From NCBI GenBank assembly GCA_964270895.1, contig OZ185443.1: DNA of 64,000 nt. One strand, 5' to 3'. Position numbers and translations under genes: made by a program. The DNA comes from Podarcis filfolensis. Taxonomy: Eukaryota. Position 1 is the stretch's first letter; every line of letters starts with the position of its first letter. This document shows positions 63,771 through 64,000 of this stretch, in pieces. Below the pieces are notes generated by a model. It had not been told where the DNA came from. It was given only the letters and a program-made list of their open reading frames with translations, and did no database searches.

Positions 63771-64000
63771 TTGAAGAGAGATACTCCATCATAATATCTG
63801 ATGAGCCTCGAAACATGGATATTGCTTGGTTTGTCAATCTATCTTAAATTACGACATCTGCAATAATTTATTTATTTTATCTCATTCCAGCACAGATTAT
63901 ATAAAATAAGCATATGTCCCTGGTGTGTAGCTGTAGATTCCACACATGTTGGTCTCCATTAGAATTTCCAGGTATACACATATGCGCTGTCAATCAGTCA

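Overview
Vertebrate genomic DNA from a squamate reptile, most likely a lacertid lizard. The evidence is three Sauria SINEs with (ACCTTT)n tails plus CR1, L2 and L1 LINE fragments and many hAT and Tc1/mariner MITEs. The window is intergenic or intronic in character. I recognise no host protein-coding gene, rRNA, tRNA gene or CRISPR array. ORF-track entries are either transposon-derived or look like chance ORFs. Best-supported content: a decayed DDE transposase (hAT/hATm-like, 3.3-3.8 kb), L1 ORF2 C-terminal relics (9.4-10 kb and 62-63 kb), L2 and CR1 fragments, MITEs with visible TIRs and TSDs, several LTR-like remnants, microsatellites and a 133-N assembly gap. The most unusual observations are a solo LTR (34483-34924) with an acidic 123-codon frame open from its second base, a hierarchical triple-hairpin inside a Tc1/mariner-type element, a MITE carrying TTAGGG repeats, and a CpG-rich PPT+LTR/promoter-like module at 41.4-41.6 kb. 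A few isolated exon-like segments are reported at low confidence. Family names come from recalled motif similarity, not from database searches.
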